DNA of 64,000 nt from Verrucomicrobiota bacterium (GTDB lineage: Bacteria; Verrucomicrobiota; Verrucomicrobiia; Verrucomicrobiales; DEV007). The stretch is taken from positions 1-64,000 of the forward strand of contig JASFYY010000095.1 of the NCBI GenBank assembly GCA_045046875.1, in the 5' to 3' direction. Position numbers and translations under genes: made by a program. The notes under the pieces were generated by a model, which worked only from the letters and a program-made list of their open reading frames with translations, was not told where the DNA came from and ran no database searches. Shown here one piece after another: positions 1 to 10,865 of this stretch (position 1 is its first letter; each line of letters starts with the position of its first letter).

Positions 1-155
1 AGGGCACCGTCGTTCTGACGAATGAACATAAGCAAATTTTGAGTGATGAGCTCTGGCATTTCCACCAAATCCCTTAGCCTTCGTAGCGCTTCATCATTGC
101 GCTGCAAAAAATCGATCTTCTGAAAACTCAGAGGGTTTTCAGATTCGATTTTCAT
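1..155 (-). CDS. Partial hypothetical protein (runs off the window start)
   Basis: ATG at 155 opens a frame MKIESENPLSFQKIDFLQRNDEALRRLRDLVEC... with no stop before position 1; no recognisable motif. Confidence 0.35.
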   Translation of the reverse strand, partial: MKIESENPLSFQKIDFLQRNDEALRRLRDLVEMPELITQNLLMFIRQNDGA

Positions 156-336
156 AGGTCGAACTCTATTCAGAATAGTCGCAATCTAATAATCAGAGTC
201 GTGAACCACTAAATACTAGAGATATTGTCGTAAATTTGTAAAAACAGCCTGCTTTTATCGAAAATTCCGCCTTGATGGAAATAAAAAAATCTGCGCATTT
301 TTGGATATCTATTAATTGCCGCATCCCTAGAGCATT

Positions 337-1389
337 TCACCTTTCACATTCATCATTCGAACCTTTAAGCTCATTGCCTTCGAGGTGTTTGATTTCGCGG
401 TCGAAATCGGAAATGTATTCCCGATCTTGTTGGGGGCGGAATTTTCCAAATTCGCTTTCGGCATATTCTCTGGCAAGCTTGGCGGTGAATTGCCCGGCAT
501 CCTGCAAAATTTCGCGGTCATCGAATTCGAGAAAGGCATCGAGCCGCTTAGCCCAGTCTTCCATCGTCATGGGGATCTGGCGACGTGCACGATCTTCGGC
601 GAGTTCGAGGTAGGCATTCACAATGCGGCCGAGCGATCCCAACTCCTCTTGACTGAGATAGTTCTTGGCCACGGATACATCAGATTTGATAATCTTGCCG
701 TCCGGAGCGTTTTCCCAAGTGCTTAGACCCATGTGAGGCTTTTCCGCATCGGCTCTGTCCTTAATCAGCTCGGCCGCTGTTTGCCCATGGATGGCGTAAT
801 GTAATTTATTCTGCACTTTGGCGAAAAACTCGCGGGTGGTGGGTGCCTCTTTGTTGTAGTCGAGCGCAGTGGTGTAGATGTCTGTAACCTTTTGATAGAA
901 ACGGCGTTCGCTAAGCCGAATCTCGCGGATCTCTTCGAGCAAACGCTCGAAGTAGTCCTCGTTGAGAAAAGCTCCATTTTCCATCCGTTTGTGGTCGAGC
1001 ACATAGCCCTTGATCGCAAAGTCTCGCAGAATACCCGTGGCCCATTGACGGAACTGAGTGGCGCGGACGGAATTGACCCGGTAACCGACGGAGATAATGG
1101 CATCGAGATTGTAATGGTCGATCTCGCGGGTCACCTCGCGGGAACCCTCGGTTTGAACTATTCGGAATTTCCGAATAGTTGCCTCCTCATCAATTTCACC
1201 TTGGGCAAAGATATTTTTGAGATGCTCGTTGATGGTTGGGACGGTGACATCAAACAGTTGTGCCATGAGCTTCTGGGCAAGCCAAATGGTTTGATCCTCG
1301 TAGCGCACTTCGAGCCCATCCCCGCCGGACTGAGCCGAGAAAATGAGAAATTCGGCGGTGGAGTTACGGATTTGTTTCTTGTCAGCCAT
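337..1389 (-). CDS. rhuM: Virulence RhuM family (putative DNA-binding) protein
   Basis: Family signature IWLAQKLMAQLF...HYNLDAIISVGYRVNSVRATQFRQWAT...FERLLEEIREIRLSERRFYQKVTDIY. Confidence 0.9.
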   Translation of the reverse strand: MADKKQIRNSTAEFLIFSAQSGGDGLEVRYEDQTIWLAQKLMAQLFDVTVPTINEHLKNIFAQGEIDEEATIRKFRIVQTEGSREVTREIDHYNLDAIISVGYRVNSVRATQFRQWATGILRDFAIKGYVLDHKRMENGAFLNEDYFERLLEEIREIRLSERRFYQKVTDIYTTALDYNKEAPTTREFFAKVQNKLHYAIHGQTAAELIKDRADAEKPHMGLSTWENAPDGKIIKSDVSVAKNYLSQEELGSLGRIVNAYLELAEDRARRQIPMTMEDWAKRLDAFLEFDDREILQDAGQFTAKLAREYAESEFGKFRPQQDREYISDFDREIKHLEGNELKGSNDECER

Positions 1390-1480
1390 TCTTATAAGTG
1401 TTCATTAGAACAATACCAAACTTCCACTCAATGGCAAGTTTCATCTAATCCAAATCACACTACACGACAAAAAATATTCC

Positions 1481-1601
1481 AACCACTGATCGCACTGATT
1501 ATCACTGATAAAGAGGAAGAAGTAAGGCGAGAAATATTGTAAATCAGTGTTTCCTAGTGCCCATTTGCCTCCGGCTGTCTTGCTGCGCTGCGGCTGTGGT
1601 T
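1481..1601. repeat. Inverted triple-nonamer repeat element, copy A
   Basis: Left arm AACCACTGAT-CGCACTGAT-TATCACTGAT (1481-1509); degenerate right arm ATCAGTG...CTAGTG...TGTGGTT (1543-1601) with an insertion in the last unit. Confidence 0.7.
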
Positions 1602-1672
1602 AAACTCCCCGATTTTTAAAAATGTCGTGTAATGTGAATCCAAATAGCCCCCTAAACCACAATGCTAGAGTT

Positions 1673-2659
1673 TCATTCCAGCGTATCAAGCACTTGGCGC
1701 GCCAGACGTTCACTGTAGGAGTGGATCTTCCAATGCCCCGGGCACCAACCCTTGAGAAAGCGGTGAAAATCGGTCCAAGCGACAGGAAAGAGCTCGCGCC
1801 ATTCTTCGATCACCGCTTCAGCGGCGATGTCTGAATGTCTTTGTTCCAGGGCTGTTTTTAGAAAACCGAAGTAGCTGTCGAGCAGCTCGCTTTCTTTTCT
1901 TTCACAGGCTTTTTCATCAAGGCAGCTGCCAATGAAATAAGCGACATCTTTCATGCCACAACCGCGTCCGACGTATTGAAAATCCAACGCGGCGACTTGA
2001 GTGGTATCACTTGAGAAACAGAAGTTTGCCAGTTTGGCGTCGCCGTGCACCAGGGTTTGATAACGAGCCTGACTGAGCTTTTGATCAATGGCAATCGCCG
2101 CGGACTTGAGGGCTTCATCCTCGAGCGCTTCGAGTTCTTCGGGGCGTGTGGCTAGATGCCAATAGGTGCCAGTGTCCCACAGTCCGCTTGATTCTGCACC
2201 CATGAAAGTGGCGTGGAATTCAGCTAACCATTTCAGGCAGATGATCATTTGCTCTGAGCTCACTTGATTCAAACGAATGGGATAACCTGCCCCATCGAGA
2301 TCCTCCAGAACGAGCAGCACCGCGTCATCATTGTGGCGGTAGGAAAGAAAGTCAGGGATCCGGCAGGCCTGATCGCAACGACGGCTCCATTGCCGATACC
2401 ATTCGGTTTCGACCTGATAGGAAAAAACTTTGCGTTGGTGGGAAAGATCAGAGGTCCAGCCACGCGGATGCTTTTTTTTCACCGGCATCGAGACGTGCTT
2501 GATAACAACCGTGCTGCGCTCGCTACCAGCTAGAGCAACACGAATAATATGACCATAACCACTCCACAGCTCCTGAATGACGGATTGCAGCTCAAGGCTT
2601 GAAGCACCGGTCGCTTCAAGAATAGCGGATTCAAACTGGGTATCTAAACAAGGCAACAT
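1673..2659 (-). CDS. APH/choline-kinase-like phosphotransferase (ecdysteroid-kinase-like)
   Basis: LVLEDL, Brenner-type HGDAKLANF and DFQYVGRG motifs. Confidence 0.8.
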   Translation of the reverse strand: MLPCLDTQFESAILEATGASSLELQSVIQELWSGYGHIIRVALAGSERSTVVIKHVSMPVKKKHPRGWTSDLSHQRKVFSYQVETEWYRQWSRRCDQACRIPDFLSYRHNDDAVLLVLEDLDGAGYPIRLNQVSSEQMIICLKWLAEFHATFMGAESSGLWDTGTYWHLATRPEELEALEDEALKSAAIAIDQKLSQARYQTLVHGDAKLANFCFSSDTTQVAALDFQYVGRGCGMKDVAYFIGSCLDEKACERKESELLDSYFGFLKTALEQRHSDIAAEAVIEEWRELFPVAWTDFHRFLKGWCPGHWKIHSYSERLARQVLDTLE

Positions 2660-2729
2660 GTCGCAGTGCCTTCACCATGCGGCAGAACCTCCAGAGCGTC
2701 GATGGAAATATGTAGCGAGAGCAAACAAA

Positions 2730-2785
2730 TTCTAACTTCTAACTTCTAACTCCTGAATTCTAATTCCTAATTCTCAATTCTCAAT
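2730..2785 (+). repeat. Heptamer tandem repeat, about 8 units (TTCTAAC-like)
   Basis: ttctaac ttctaac ttctaac tcctgaa ttctaat tcctaat tctcaat tctcaat, overlapping the stop of the ThuA-domain gene. Confidence 0.85.
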
Positions 2786-3656
2786 TCTTCCCATACCCCT
2801 CAGCCGCCGTGCCATCGTCTTTGATATTTTTTGTCACCCACAGCAAACCACGGGTCACCAGATCCAGATATTTATCATCCGCTACCGTTTCCGTATTGTG
2901 ACCAATCGTCGTGCTGAAAATGCGAGTCTTGTTCGGACCGTATTCATTAGTCCATACCACCACTGAAACCGCTTTTTTAGCCTTGGCATTAGGATTGGCT
3001 TTTTTGCCTTTTTTCTTCCGTGGTTTTTGCATCTGGGTGCCTTTGGCAAGAACATGCGCGGTATCAAAAACCTGCACATTGTTGTAGAGCTCCTCATTGA
3101 TCGTCGTCCAATTCACCAAACTTTTGCTGATCGGATGATTTTGGTCTGCGTAAACAATATCAATCGGTGCCTGGGGACCGTGACCGGTGGATTGAATGCC
3201 GAGCATTTCATACCATCCCGCATTGTCAGCCCCCGCCTTCACTGGCTCTTTGTAGTTCCCCCAACGATAACTGTGCATCGCGCAGTGAACATTGACTGCA
3301 GGCGTGCCCTTACGGTGTGCATCAAGAATGCGTTTAACATAAGCCGGATCGGTCACACTCGCCGAGCATTCATCGTGCAGAATCACATCATACTTGTCTG
3401 CCCAGTCGTCTTTCTCATAGGACTTGAAAGTCGCCTTGGTGGAGGTGTCCGGATTGTATTCAATCGTCACCTCGGCATTGATGCGAGACTCAATACCCGC
3501 TTTTAATACCTTGGGTTGGCCAGCATAATCGTGACAACAGCCCCCGGCGATGAGAAGAATCTTAAGCGGTTCAGCGGCCTGCAGCGGGCTTGCATTCACA
3601 AACAGGGTTGATAAAGCCAGGGCGGAGAGGGTTTTTAAAAAAGTATTACGTTTCAT
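2781..3656 (-). CDS. ThuA domain-containing secreted protein
   Basis: GGCCHDY, HCAMHSY, EELY, RIFSTTIGH motifs; start placed at MKRNTFLK (Tat-like signal). Confidence 0.85.
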   Translation of the reverse strand: MKRNTFLKTLSALALSTLFVNASPLQAAEPLKILLIAGGCCHDYAGQPKVLKAGIESRINAEVTIEYNPDTSTKATFKSYEKDDWADKYDVILHDECSASVTDPAYVKRILDAHRKGTPAVNVHCAMHSYRWGNYKEPVKAGADNAGWYEMLGIQSTGHGPQAPIDIVYADQNHPISKSLVNWTTINEELYNNVQVFDTAHVLAKGTQMQKPRKKKGKKANPNAKAKKAVSVVVWTNEYGPNKTRIFSTTIGHNTETVADDKYLDLVTRGLLWVTKNIKDDGTAAEGYGKN

Positions 3657-3799
3657 AGTTGTCTTGGATGAATGCAGAATTAAACACAAGCTGCCCTGAT
3701 ACGCCAATCACAAATCCTCCCTGATCACGTGATGATGTGTTTTAGCACAATGCTAGCAAAGCAAAAATCTTCTACAAACCGCAGCTTGATAATTTATTT

Positions 3800-3940
3800 T
3801 TAACCACGAAAAACACAAAAAGCACGAAAGGGAATCCAAGTGAAAAAAGATAATATTCGGCTTCGTGTCGACTGCTGAAATCGCAATACCAACCCTTTTA
3901 TTATATATATTTTCGTGTCTTCCGTGTTTTTCGTGGTTAA
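3800..3940. repeat. Inverted triple-nonamer repeat element, copy B
   Basis: Left AACCACGAA-AAACACAAA-AAGCACGAAA (3802-3829); right TTTCGTG-TCTTCCGTG-TTTTTCGTGGTT (3911-3938). Confidence 0.8.
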
Positions 3941-4005
3941 GCCTCTTCTGTATAGCGAGGAATGGTTTCATCTGCATTCCTTTGTTTATCTCCTCACTTT
4001 TATTG

Positions 4006-5148
4006 TTATTTCAACGGATTCTCATACCAGACCACATTTTTCGACCCGCGCCCGGCATTGAGTAAATCCATGTCCCCGTCACCATCCATGTCGACGCTGC
4101 GCAGATCATAACTCTCTTGATCATCGTCGATTGTATGAATCTTAAAATTCCCTTTACCATCGTTTTCATACCAGCGCAGCCATTTGCTTTCGTAACCACA
4201 ACTCGCCGCATCCAGATCACCGTCCTGATCAAAATCCATCACCGTCAGGCTGTGTGGCTGCTTGATGTCGGGGTCGATTTCGTGAATTTTCCAGCTAGGA
4301 TTCTCCATCCACAACACCCCGGCGCTGTGCCCGCGTGTTGCCAGCCAATCGACCTTGCCATCCCCGTTCACATCCGCAGGAATAATGTTGGTCGCAGCAA
4401 GTTGATTCTGTGCGAGTATCGTTTTTTTCCACGCTCCCTTAACACCCTTTTTCCCCGGATTAGTCCAGAAAGCAAACCAGTTGCCGTCCTCAAACGGTTT
4501 CCCTTTGGCTCCCACCGCAATCTCTTTCCATCCGTCACCATCGATGTCCCCCGCTCCCATATAATGACTGCCACCGCGCGCGTCACCATCGGCAAAAACA
4601 TGACGATCCCACTGCTTGGCCTTGCGCGGATTTTTCGGAACGCTGAACCAGGCGATCGAATCACCCAATCCTTTTTCCGGTTCGAAGTTATTGATCACCA
4701 GATCCTCTTTGCCATCGTTGTCGATGTCCGAGGTAAGAATGCAATGAATGCCGGTGATGTCAGGATCAATGAGCCGTGGCGTCCAGGCCCCCTTTTGTGC
4801 TTCGTCTTTGCCTGGGTTCTCCAACCAGAAAGGGTGATCACTCGACAGGGTTCCCGCCCAATCCAAATCGCCATCACCATCAACGTCGATCACCGAGCTG
4901 TGAATACAGCCGCCACCTCCACCAGAAAATCGATGCAGGACGATCTCCTTCTTCCAATCCGGCGCGATAAACAAACTCACCCGACCGTTAAAACTCGCGA
5001 TGATGTCCAGGTTCTTATCTCCATTCGCATCCAGCGCCACCGCCGTATTGCAATGCCCCTGCTCCATCACCACATGCTTTTTCCAGCTTTGAGCGTTCGC
5101 CACAGCGCTGAACCCCATCATTAAAGAAACCGTTAAAAAAATTCTCAT
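4006..5148 (-). CDS. FG-GAP/VCBS-repeat beta-propeller secreted protein
   Basis: Seven D-x-D/N-x-D-G-x-x-D repeats, several followed by W-x-E-N; signal peptide MRIFLTVSLMMGFSAVANA. Confidence 0.85.
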   Translation of the reverse strand: MRIFLTVSLMMGFSAVANAQSWKKHVVMEQGHCNTAVALDANGDKNLDIIASFNGRVSLFIAPDWKKEIVLHRFSGGGGGCIHSSVIDVDGDGDLDWAGTLSSDHPFWLENPGKDEAQKGAWTPRLIDPDITGIHCILTSDIDNDGKEDLVINNFEPEKGLGDSIAWFSVPKNPRKAKQWDRHVFADGDARGGSHYMGAGDIDGDGWKEIAVGAKGKPFEDGNWFAFWTNPGKKGVKGAWKKTILAQNQLAATNIIPADVNGDGKVDWLATRGHSAGVLWMENPSWKIHEIDPDIKQPHSLTVMDFDQDGDLDAASCGYESKWLRWYENDGKGNFKIHTIDDDQESYDLRSVDMDGDGDMDLLNAGRGSKNVVWYENPLK

Positions 5149-5225
5149 GCCTGAAACTATTCCGCAATGCGGCAAAGACTCAATAAAAATGAACAGTCAC
5201 ACCCGGAATAGCTCTGCTAAAAAGA

Positions 5226-5287
5226 CGCGATCACGCGATAGCCCCGGGTTTGACAGGCTTGAATCCACCTGAGTAATTGCCAACATG
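5226..5287 (+). promoter_or_regulatory. Duplicated promoter segment, copy 1
   Basis: TTGACA at 5250-5255, CACCTGAGTAATTG, ATG at 5285; near-identical to 19998-20059. Confidence 0.65.
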
Positions 5288-6280
5288 AAAATTGAAATGG
5301 CCACGATGATGACCGCAAGCCTGTTGTTTTTATTCCACCTGCCCGCCCAGGCCACTCCTCCCTTGCATGGCAGCTGGGCCTTTGAATTGCCCGATGGAAA
5401 CCCTGCCTGGTTACAGATCAAAAATGGTTCCGAAGGCAGGCTTTTGTGGAGTGTCGGCAGCGCTCGCCCAGTCAAAAATTTACAAATCAAAGATGCTAAA
5501 ATCAGCTTTGAGCGACCGCTGAAATGGAAACCTTTTGGTAAAGCTGACGATGTGCGCTTGATCACAGAGCCGTTTGAAGGCTTGATCAAAGCAAACGGTG
5601 ACATCGTTCTCAAGGCAAGCCAAAGCCGCCAGGGCCAGGCTGATTCGATCGAACAGCTGACTCTGCCCGGCAAAAAAATGCCGGCTTTCCCGTCACGACC
5701 GGATTTGAGCAAGCTGCGCTTTGGTGATGCCATACCGCTTTTTAACGGCAAGGATCTGAGCGGCTGGGAACTCTCCAATCCTAAAAAGAAAAACGGCTGG
5801 CGCGCTGAGGAAGGAATACTGATCAACGAAACCCCGAAAACCGACTTCGGCGCCTACGGAGAATACGGCAACCTCATCACCAAGGGCAAGTTCGAAGATT
5901 TTCGCCTGACGATTGAATACCAGGTTCCAGCCAAAGGGAACTCCGGCATCTACCTGCGCGGCATGTATGAAGCGCAGGTCGTCGATCGCGACAGTCGGAT
6001 GCAGGGCATCATCGGACCGGGTTCCATTTTTGGTAGAATCACCCCTTCGGGAAATGCAGGCAAAGCCGGCGGCAAATGGAATCTTTATGTGCTCACTCTG
6101 ATCGATCGACATATCACTGTGAAACTCAACGGCAAGACCGTGATCAACAACCAGCCCATTGAAGGCTGCACCGGAGGCGGATTGTCAGCTGATGATACCG
6201 CTCCCGGACCGATACTTCTCCAGGGAGATCACACCAATGTTCGCTACCGGAATATAGTGCTTGAGCCAGTAGTGAAATAA
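5285..6280 (+). CDS. DUF1080 (3-keto-disaccharide hydrolase-like) domain protein, secreted
   Basis: LFNGKDLSGW, GNSGIYLRG-YEAQV, GPILLQGDH-VRYRNI motifs. Confidence 0.9.
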   Translation: MKIEMATMMTASLLFLFHLPAQATPPLHGSWAFELPDGNPAWLQIKNGSEGRLLWSVGSARPVKNLQIKDAKISFERPLKWKPFGKADDVRLITEPFEGLIKANGDIVLKASQSRQGQADSIEQLTLPGKKMPAFPSRPDLSKLRFGDAIPLFNGKDLSGWELSNPKKKNGWRAEEGILINETPKTDFGAYGEYGNLITKGKFEDFRLTIEYQVPAKGNSGIYLRGMYEAQVVDRDSRMQGIIGPGSIFGRITPSGNAGKAGGKWNLYVLTLIDRHITVKLNGKTVINNQPIEGCTGGGLSADDTAPGPILLQGDHTNVRYRNIVLEPVVK

Positions 6281-6293
6281 CAACCCGCTGTGA

Positions 6294-7670
6294 TCACTTC
6301 ACCGGATCACCAAAAGCATCCACCACCACTTTAGCCGAAGCTGAAAAAGGCGGTTTCATTTTCTCTTCGATCACCAGACGCAATTTTTTGCGCGCCGCTT
6401 TGGCATCCGGGGTCAGTTTCTCAAGATCTAATTCCTCTTCGCGAAAACCTTCGCCCGTGATGTCAAACAATCTCCCATCGGAGAACAGTTTGTATTGATG
6501 GTCCAAAGCAAAAATATGACGCGAGAACTTTTCCTTGTCCCAACCTGGACGCGGGTCATACCAGAAAAAACAGGAACTGCGCCTTTTCACTTCCCGGCCC
6601 AGTAATTGTGGGGCAAAACTCATGCCTTCGTGGCTCCAGTTTTCCGCAACCTTCACATCTGCCAGCTCAGCTAGCGTAGGCAGGAAATCGGAGGCATCGA
6701 TCAAATCCGAAACCGTTTGCCCGGGCTGAATCGTATCTTTCCAATAAGCGATCAGAGGAACCCTGATGCCCGTCTGCGCAGGTGTTGCTTTGCCACCACG
6801 AACCGGCTGCCCTCGAAACTGTGAAGTGATACGTTGATCCGTCCCGTTGTCCCCGTAAAATAGCACCAGCGTGTTTTCTCCTAATCCGAGGGTATGGATT
6901 CCGTCCACCAACTCTCCCACCAGTTTATCCATGTAGCTCACCATGTCGGGAAAATAGTCCGTGCTTTCTTCAAGTCGCCGAGCAGGATCCTTCCATTCTT
7001 CGGAATCCGGCGTGGGCACCATCGGCCAATGTGGCAGAGCCATCGGATAATAAATGAACATCGGCTCATTTTTAAACCGTTTCATGAAATCGAGAATAAA
7101 AGCCACCGAGTTATCCGGTCCGTAACGACCATCAAGGTTCTCATAAAGATTCCCGTTTTCAAAAATGGTAGGGTTTCCATAACGGGAACCTTTGTCTTCG
7201 GTATGCCAGGAGTGGAAAAGGGAGTATTCCTCAAAACCGGCGTCCGCAACTTTCATGCCGAGACCGCGGCGGCGATCGGCATTGGGAAAATCCGGCGGGT
7301 CATACGATTGCAACTGCCACTTGCCTGCGATGCAGGTTCGATAGCCGGCACCCTTCATCAGGTGGCCAAAGGTGCGCTCCCTGGGATCAAGGATACCAAA
7401 ACCGACCCAATTGCGATGATTATATTTCCCCGTCATGATCTGCACCCGCGTCGGAGTGCAGAGCGGCTGCGAATAGGCATGGGTGAAACGAATTCCATCA
7501 GTCGCCAACTTGTCGAGATTCGGGGTTTTATAACTTGTGCCCCCATAACACCCCAGCCCCTCGATCCCAATGTCGTCTGCAAGGATGAGAACAATATTGG
7601 GCCTCTCGCTCTGACCGAAGGCCGTGAACGCAGTTAGAAATACAAATAAAAGGTGGAGTATAATTCGCAT
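6294..7670 (-). CDS. Cys-type sulfatase
   Basis: PNIVLILADD, CTPTR-MTGKY, GKWQL, DNG motifs; signal peptide. Confidence 0.92.
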   Translation of the reverse strand: MRIILHLLFVFLTAFTAFGQSERPNIVLILADDIGIEGLGCYGGTSYKTPNLDKLATDGIRFTHAYSQPLCTPTRVQIMTGKYNHRNWVGFGILDPRERTFGHLMKGAGYRTCIAGKWQLQSYDPPDFPNADRRRGLGMKVADAGFEEYSLFHSWHTEDKGSRYGNPTIFENGNLYENLDGRYGPDNSVAFILDFMKRFKNEPMFIYYPMALPHWPMVPTPDSEEWKDPARRLEESTDYFPDMVSYMDKLVGELVDGIHTLGLGENTLVLFYGDNGTDQRITSQFRGQPVRGGKATPAQTGIRVPLIAYWKDTIQPGQTVSDLIDASDFLPTLAELADVKVAENWSHEGMSFAPQLLGREVKRRSSCFFWYDPRPGWDKEKFSRHIFALDHQYKLFSDGRLFDITGEGFREEELDLEKLTPDAKAARKKLRLVIEEKMKPPFSASAKVVVDAFGDPVK

Positions 7671-7679
7671 GGATTTTTA

Positions 7680-9308
7680 CTATTTCAGCCGAGCTCGAAC
7701 AAAGTCAGGCAGACGTTTGTCCTTGGCATTAATGATCATAACATTTTTATCATTTTCCAGCTTAGGCCCCGGAGTGCTGCGTCCGTTTTGAATCTGCCTC
7801 TTGAGCAGCAGAACCATTTCTTCAACCTGCTCTGGCTGGTCTGCCGCTAGATTATTATCCTCATGCGGATCCTCGGTCACGTTGAATAATTGTACAAAAG
7901 GGGCCTTCAGCAAATCTGCTTCTGTCACCCTGCCATCCACTCGTCCCAAAGCAGCCTTCCAAGCGACCCTAGGTGTAGGGTCGTTGCCAGCACCGACTCC
8001 ATTTTCCATATTGGCAGGAATGCCACTGCCCGGACTTACACAAAGCTTCCAATCTCCGTCACGCACCACAAAAGATACGACGGACTTCATGATTAAATTT
8101 TTACGAGTACCCACGGCCTTGGGATTACGCAAAAGATTGGCAAAACTAATGGAGTCCGCCCCTTCCTTGTCTCCCATTTTTTCATCGGCAATCTCCGCAA
8201 AGGTTGCCATCAAATCGTTCATACCAATCAGAGCATCACAGCTTCCTCCCTCTGAAATCACTCCCGGCCATCGGGCAATCAAAGGAACACGCAAACCTCC
8301 CTCGTAAACAGAAAATTTATAACCACGATGAGGCCCATTGGAATAATGCCCTTTCGCTTCGAGCAATTTGATCTGCCCGGGCGTTGCCTTCAGGATATTA
8401 CCTGAGTAAGATGCCGGTCCGTGATCAGAGGTGAACATCACCAAAGTATTCTCATCCAGGCCTTTGGCCTTCAACGCACTCATCACCCGTCCTACTGAGT
8501 GATCAACCTCCATCACAAAATCGCCATACACCCCCAACTTGCTCTTTCCTTGCCACTTGACTCCGGGACTGGTTGGCGTGTGAGGAGCCGTCAGGGCAAG
8601 AAATAAAAAAAAGGGACGGCCCTTTTTCTGCTTGTTAATAAACGACTCCGCCTCGCCATAAAAAGTTTCCAGAACCTCATGATCTTGGAAAGATTTTTCT
8701 GCGGGTCCCACTCGATTGAAAGCGCTCCAGCCTTTCTGCGCAGTGATCTCACCTTGCCAGACATTGTTACGCACAAATGCATAAGGATACATGTCAAGCG
8801 ATCCCGGTAGGATAAAACTTTCATCAAAACCAAACTGCACCGGCCCGTAGATCAGCGGCTTGGTGAAATCGACATTGGTCAAACCCTGAGTCTTGCCATC
8901 AAGCGTTTGCATGATGGTGCCCAAGTGCCATTTCCCCACATATCCCGTTCGGTAACCTGAGCGTCTCAGCAATTTTCCCAGCGTCGATTTTTCCTGATTC
9001 GGACGCGGACCACAAAATCCCCACGGGCCATGATTCACAGTCGCTCCATAACGCCAGTTGTAACGCCCGGTCATAATCGCTCTTCGTGTGGGACCGCAAA
9101 CTGAAGCGTTGACGTGTGCGTCAGTAAATCGAAGTCCACCCGCAGCAAGCGCATCGATATTCGGGGTCTCGATCAGACAACGTTCCTTGCCATAACAATT
9201 CACATCACCAATACCCAGATCATCCGCAAGAATGAAAACAATATTTGGTTTAGGAGCTGCGTGAGTTGCCGAAATCAGTAACAAGGACAAAAAAACGTAA
9301 ATTCTCAT
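7680..9308 (-). CDS. Cys-type arylsulfatase
   Basis: PNIVFILADD, CGPTR-MTGRY, GKWHLG, SDHG, YEGGLRVP motifs. Confidence 0.92.
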   Translation of the reverse strand: MRIYVFLSLLLISATHAAPKPNIVFILADDLGIGDVNCYGKERCLIETPNIDALAAGGLRFTDAHVNASVCGPTRRAIMTGRYNWRYGATVNHGPWGFCGPRPNQEKSTLGKLLRRSGYRTGYVGKWHLGTIMQTLDGKTQGLTNVDFTKPLIYGPVQFGFDESFILPGSLDMYPYAFVRNNVWQGEITAQKGWSAFNRVGPAEKSFQDHEVLETFYGEAESFINKQKKGRPFFLFLALTAPHTPTSPGVKWQGKSKLGVYGDFVMEVDHSVGRVMSALKAKGLDENTLVMFTSDHGPASYSGNILKATPGQIKLLEAKGHYSNGPHRGYKFSVYEGGLRVPLIARWPGVISEGGSCDALIGMNDLMATFAEIADEKMGDKEGADSISFANLLRNPKAVGTRKNLIMKSVVSFVVRDGDWKLCVSPGSGIPANMENGVGAGNDPTPRVAWKAALGRVDGRVTEADLLKAPFVQLFNVTEDPHEDNNLAADQPEQVEEMVLLLKRQIQNGRSTPGPKLENDKNVMIINAKDKRLPDFVRARLK

Positions 9309-9539
9309 AACAAATGATCGAAAGTTTTATTTTTCACCCACTCAACAACAGGCATTGGCTGAATATCTTGCTCCACCATCATAACACAAGTCACGTTATC
9401 ACGGCCAGCTGTGACTCCGATCCCATATATAACGTATATAGGCCATTTGTCGGCAGCAGATCAATGCCTTAATGTATGCAACCTGCCGGTAAAACCCTTG
9501 CCTTGCCCTGGTCGAATTCAACGTAAATCCCCATACCTC

Positions 9540-10865
9540 ATGACCACAATTGATAGAAGGAGCTTACTCCACGGAATGACCGCCAGCCTGGGTGCTGCTT
9601 TAGGTTCTACCTATCTCCCGAATCTCAGCCAGGCGGCCCCAGCTTCGAGCGGCGGCCCCAAGCGCGTGATCTTTTTTCTACAAAACCAGGGTTTCGATCC
9701 AGCGACCTGCATCCCGGCGGGAATGAAAAACAGCGGCTCGCTGGCCAAAGTCAAGCTACCCGAGCCCATCGAAGCGCTGGAACCCTACAAGGAGCGCCTG
9801 CACATCATCAATGGTCTCCACGGCAAACACACCAGTCCCTCACACAGTGCTTTTTTTGGTGCCCTCGGCGGATACCGCGGCAGCGACGGCGTGCCTCCCA
9901 GCGGACCCACGATCGATTACGAACTGAGCAAGATTCTTCCCGACACGCTTCTGCCCCATCTTTGCATCGGCATGGACTCCATGGAGAACATGACGGCCAA
10001 ACCCACGGTCGCAAATCTGTCGGCCAGCGGCGCGGGCCAACCGATCTTCATGCACTCCAACCCGAACCACCTCTACCAGATGCTCTACGGTGGCATCTCC
10101 CAGGGGGACATTCGCAAGCAGCACGAAGCTCGCTCGAGCATGTTCGACCGCATCGAACAATTGGCTGGCGCCAAAGGAGGCACCCTGCCTTCCGCGGACA
10201 AGCTACGCTACAACCAGTACGTGCAAGGGTTCAACGACATCAATGGCCTGCGGCAGCGCCTCGGCAAAGTTTCGGATCACCTGCGGAATTTCGCGCCCAA
10301 GGTGGACGAGCGTTACACCAAACCCGAGTTCGAAACCGACTGGCACGACAATCTCTTGGACCTCGGCATCTCCGCCCTCAAATCAGGCATTACCAGCGTG
10401 CTCACCGTCGGCTCAGGCCGAGGCGAGATTTTTGGTGCCTGGAAGGGGCTCGGCATCGAGAAACAAGGTCACAACCTCGGCCACATGAAGCAGCCGGACA
10501 ATCCAATCTGGATCAAAATCCGCCAGTATAACAGCCGCATGCTGGTGAAGATCATGGAGGAGCTGGAAAGCGTCCCCGAGGGCAGCGGCACGATGATGGA
10601 CAACACCCTGATCGTTTACACCAGTAACAACGGCCAGGCTCAGCACACCAACGGGGCCAACTGGCCGGTGATGCTGCTTGGCAACTGCGGCGGCATTTTC
10701 AAAACTGGTCAGTTCACCCAACTGGACGGCAAGCGCCCGATCAACGCTCTTTACTCAACCATTCTCCATACCACTGGCGTGCAATCCGATCGCTTCAACA
10801 TGAGCAAAAAGATGGCGGCCAAGTTCGACTCCGGCATTGGCCCCATCAAAGAGTTGCTGGCATGA
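9540..10865 (+). CDS. DUF1552 domain protein (Tat-exported)
   Basis: Start [10 protein letters not shown] (twin-arginine); [37 protein letters not shown] motifs. Confidence 0.85.
   Translation: MTTIDRRSLLHGMTASLGAALGSTYLPNLSQAAPASSGGPKRVIFFLQNQGFDPATCIPAGMKNSGSLAKVKLPEPIEALEPYKERLHIINGLHGKHTSPSHSAFFGALGGYRGSDGVPPSGPTIDYELSKILPDTLLPHLCIGMDSMENMTAKPTVANLSASGAGQPIFMHSNPNHLYQMLYGGISQGDIRKQHEARSSMFDRIEQLAGAKGGTLPSADKLRYNQYVQGFNDINGLRQRLGKVSDHLRNFAPKVDERYTKPEFETDWHDNLLDLGISALKSGITSVLTVGSGRGEIFGAWKGLGIEKQGHNLGHMKQPDNPIWIKIRQYNSRMLVKIMEELESVPEGSGTMMDNTLIVYTSNNGQAQHTNGANWPVMLLGNCGGIFKTGQFTQLDGKRPINALYSTILHTTGVQSDRFNMSKKMAAKFDSGIGPIKELLA

Noticed and set aside
119..143. Hairpin TCTGAAAAC-N7-GTTTTCAGA
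   Set aside because: Only 9 bp, lies inside a probable ORF, no U-tract
4117..5124. Long antisense ORFs (e.g. 4117-5124, 14274-15305, 20003-20812, 892-1542, 45420-45926)
   Set aside because: Shadows of well-supported genes on the opposite strand with no motifs of their own
9423..9442. AT-rich quasi-palindrome between the sulfatase and DUF1552 genes as an operator
   Set aside because: Imperfect, low complexity, no second copy and no adjacent regulator
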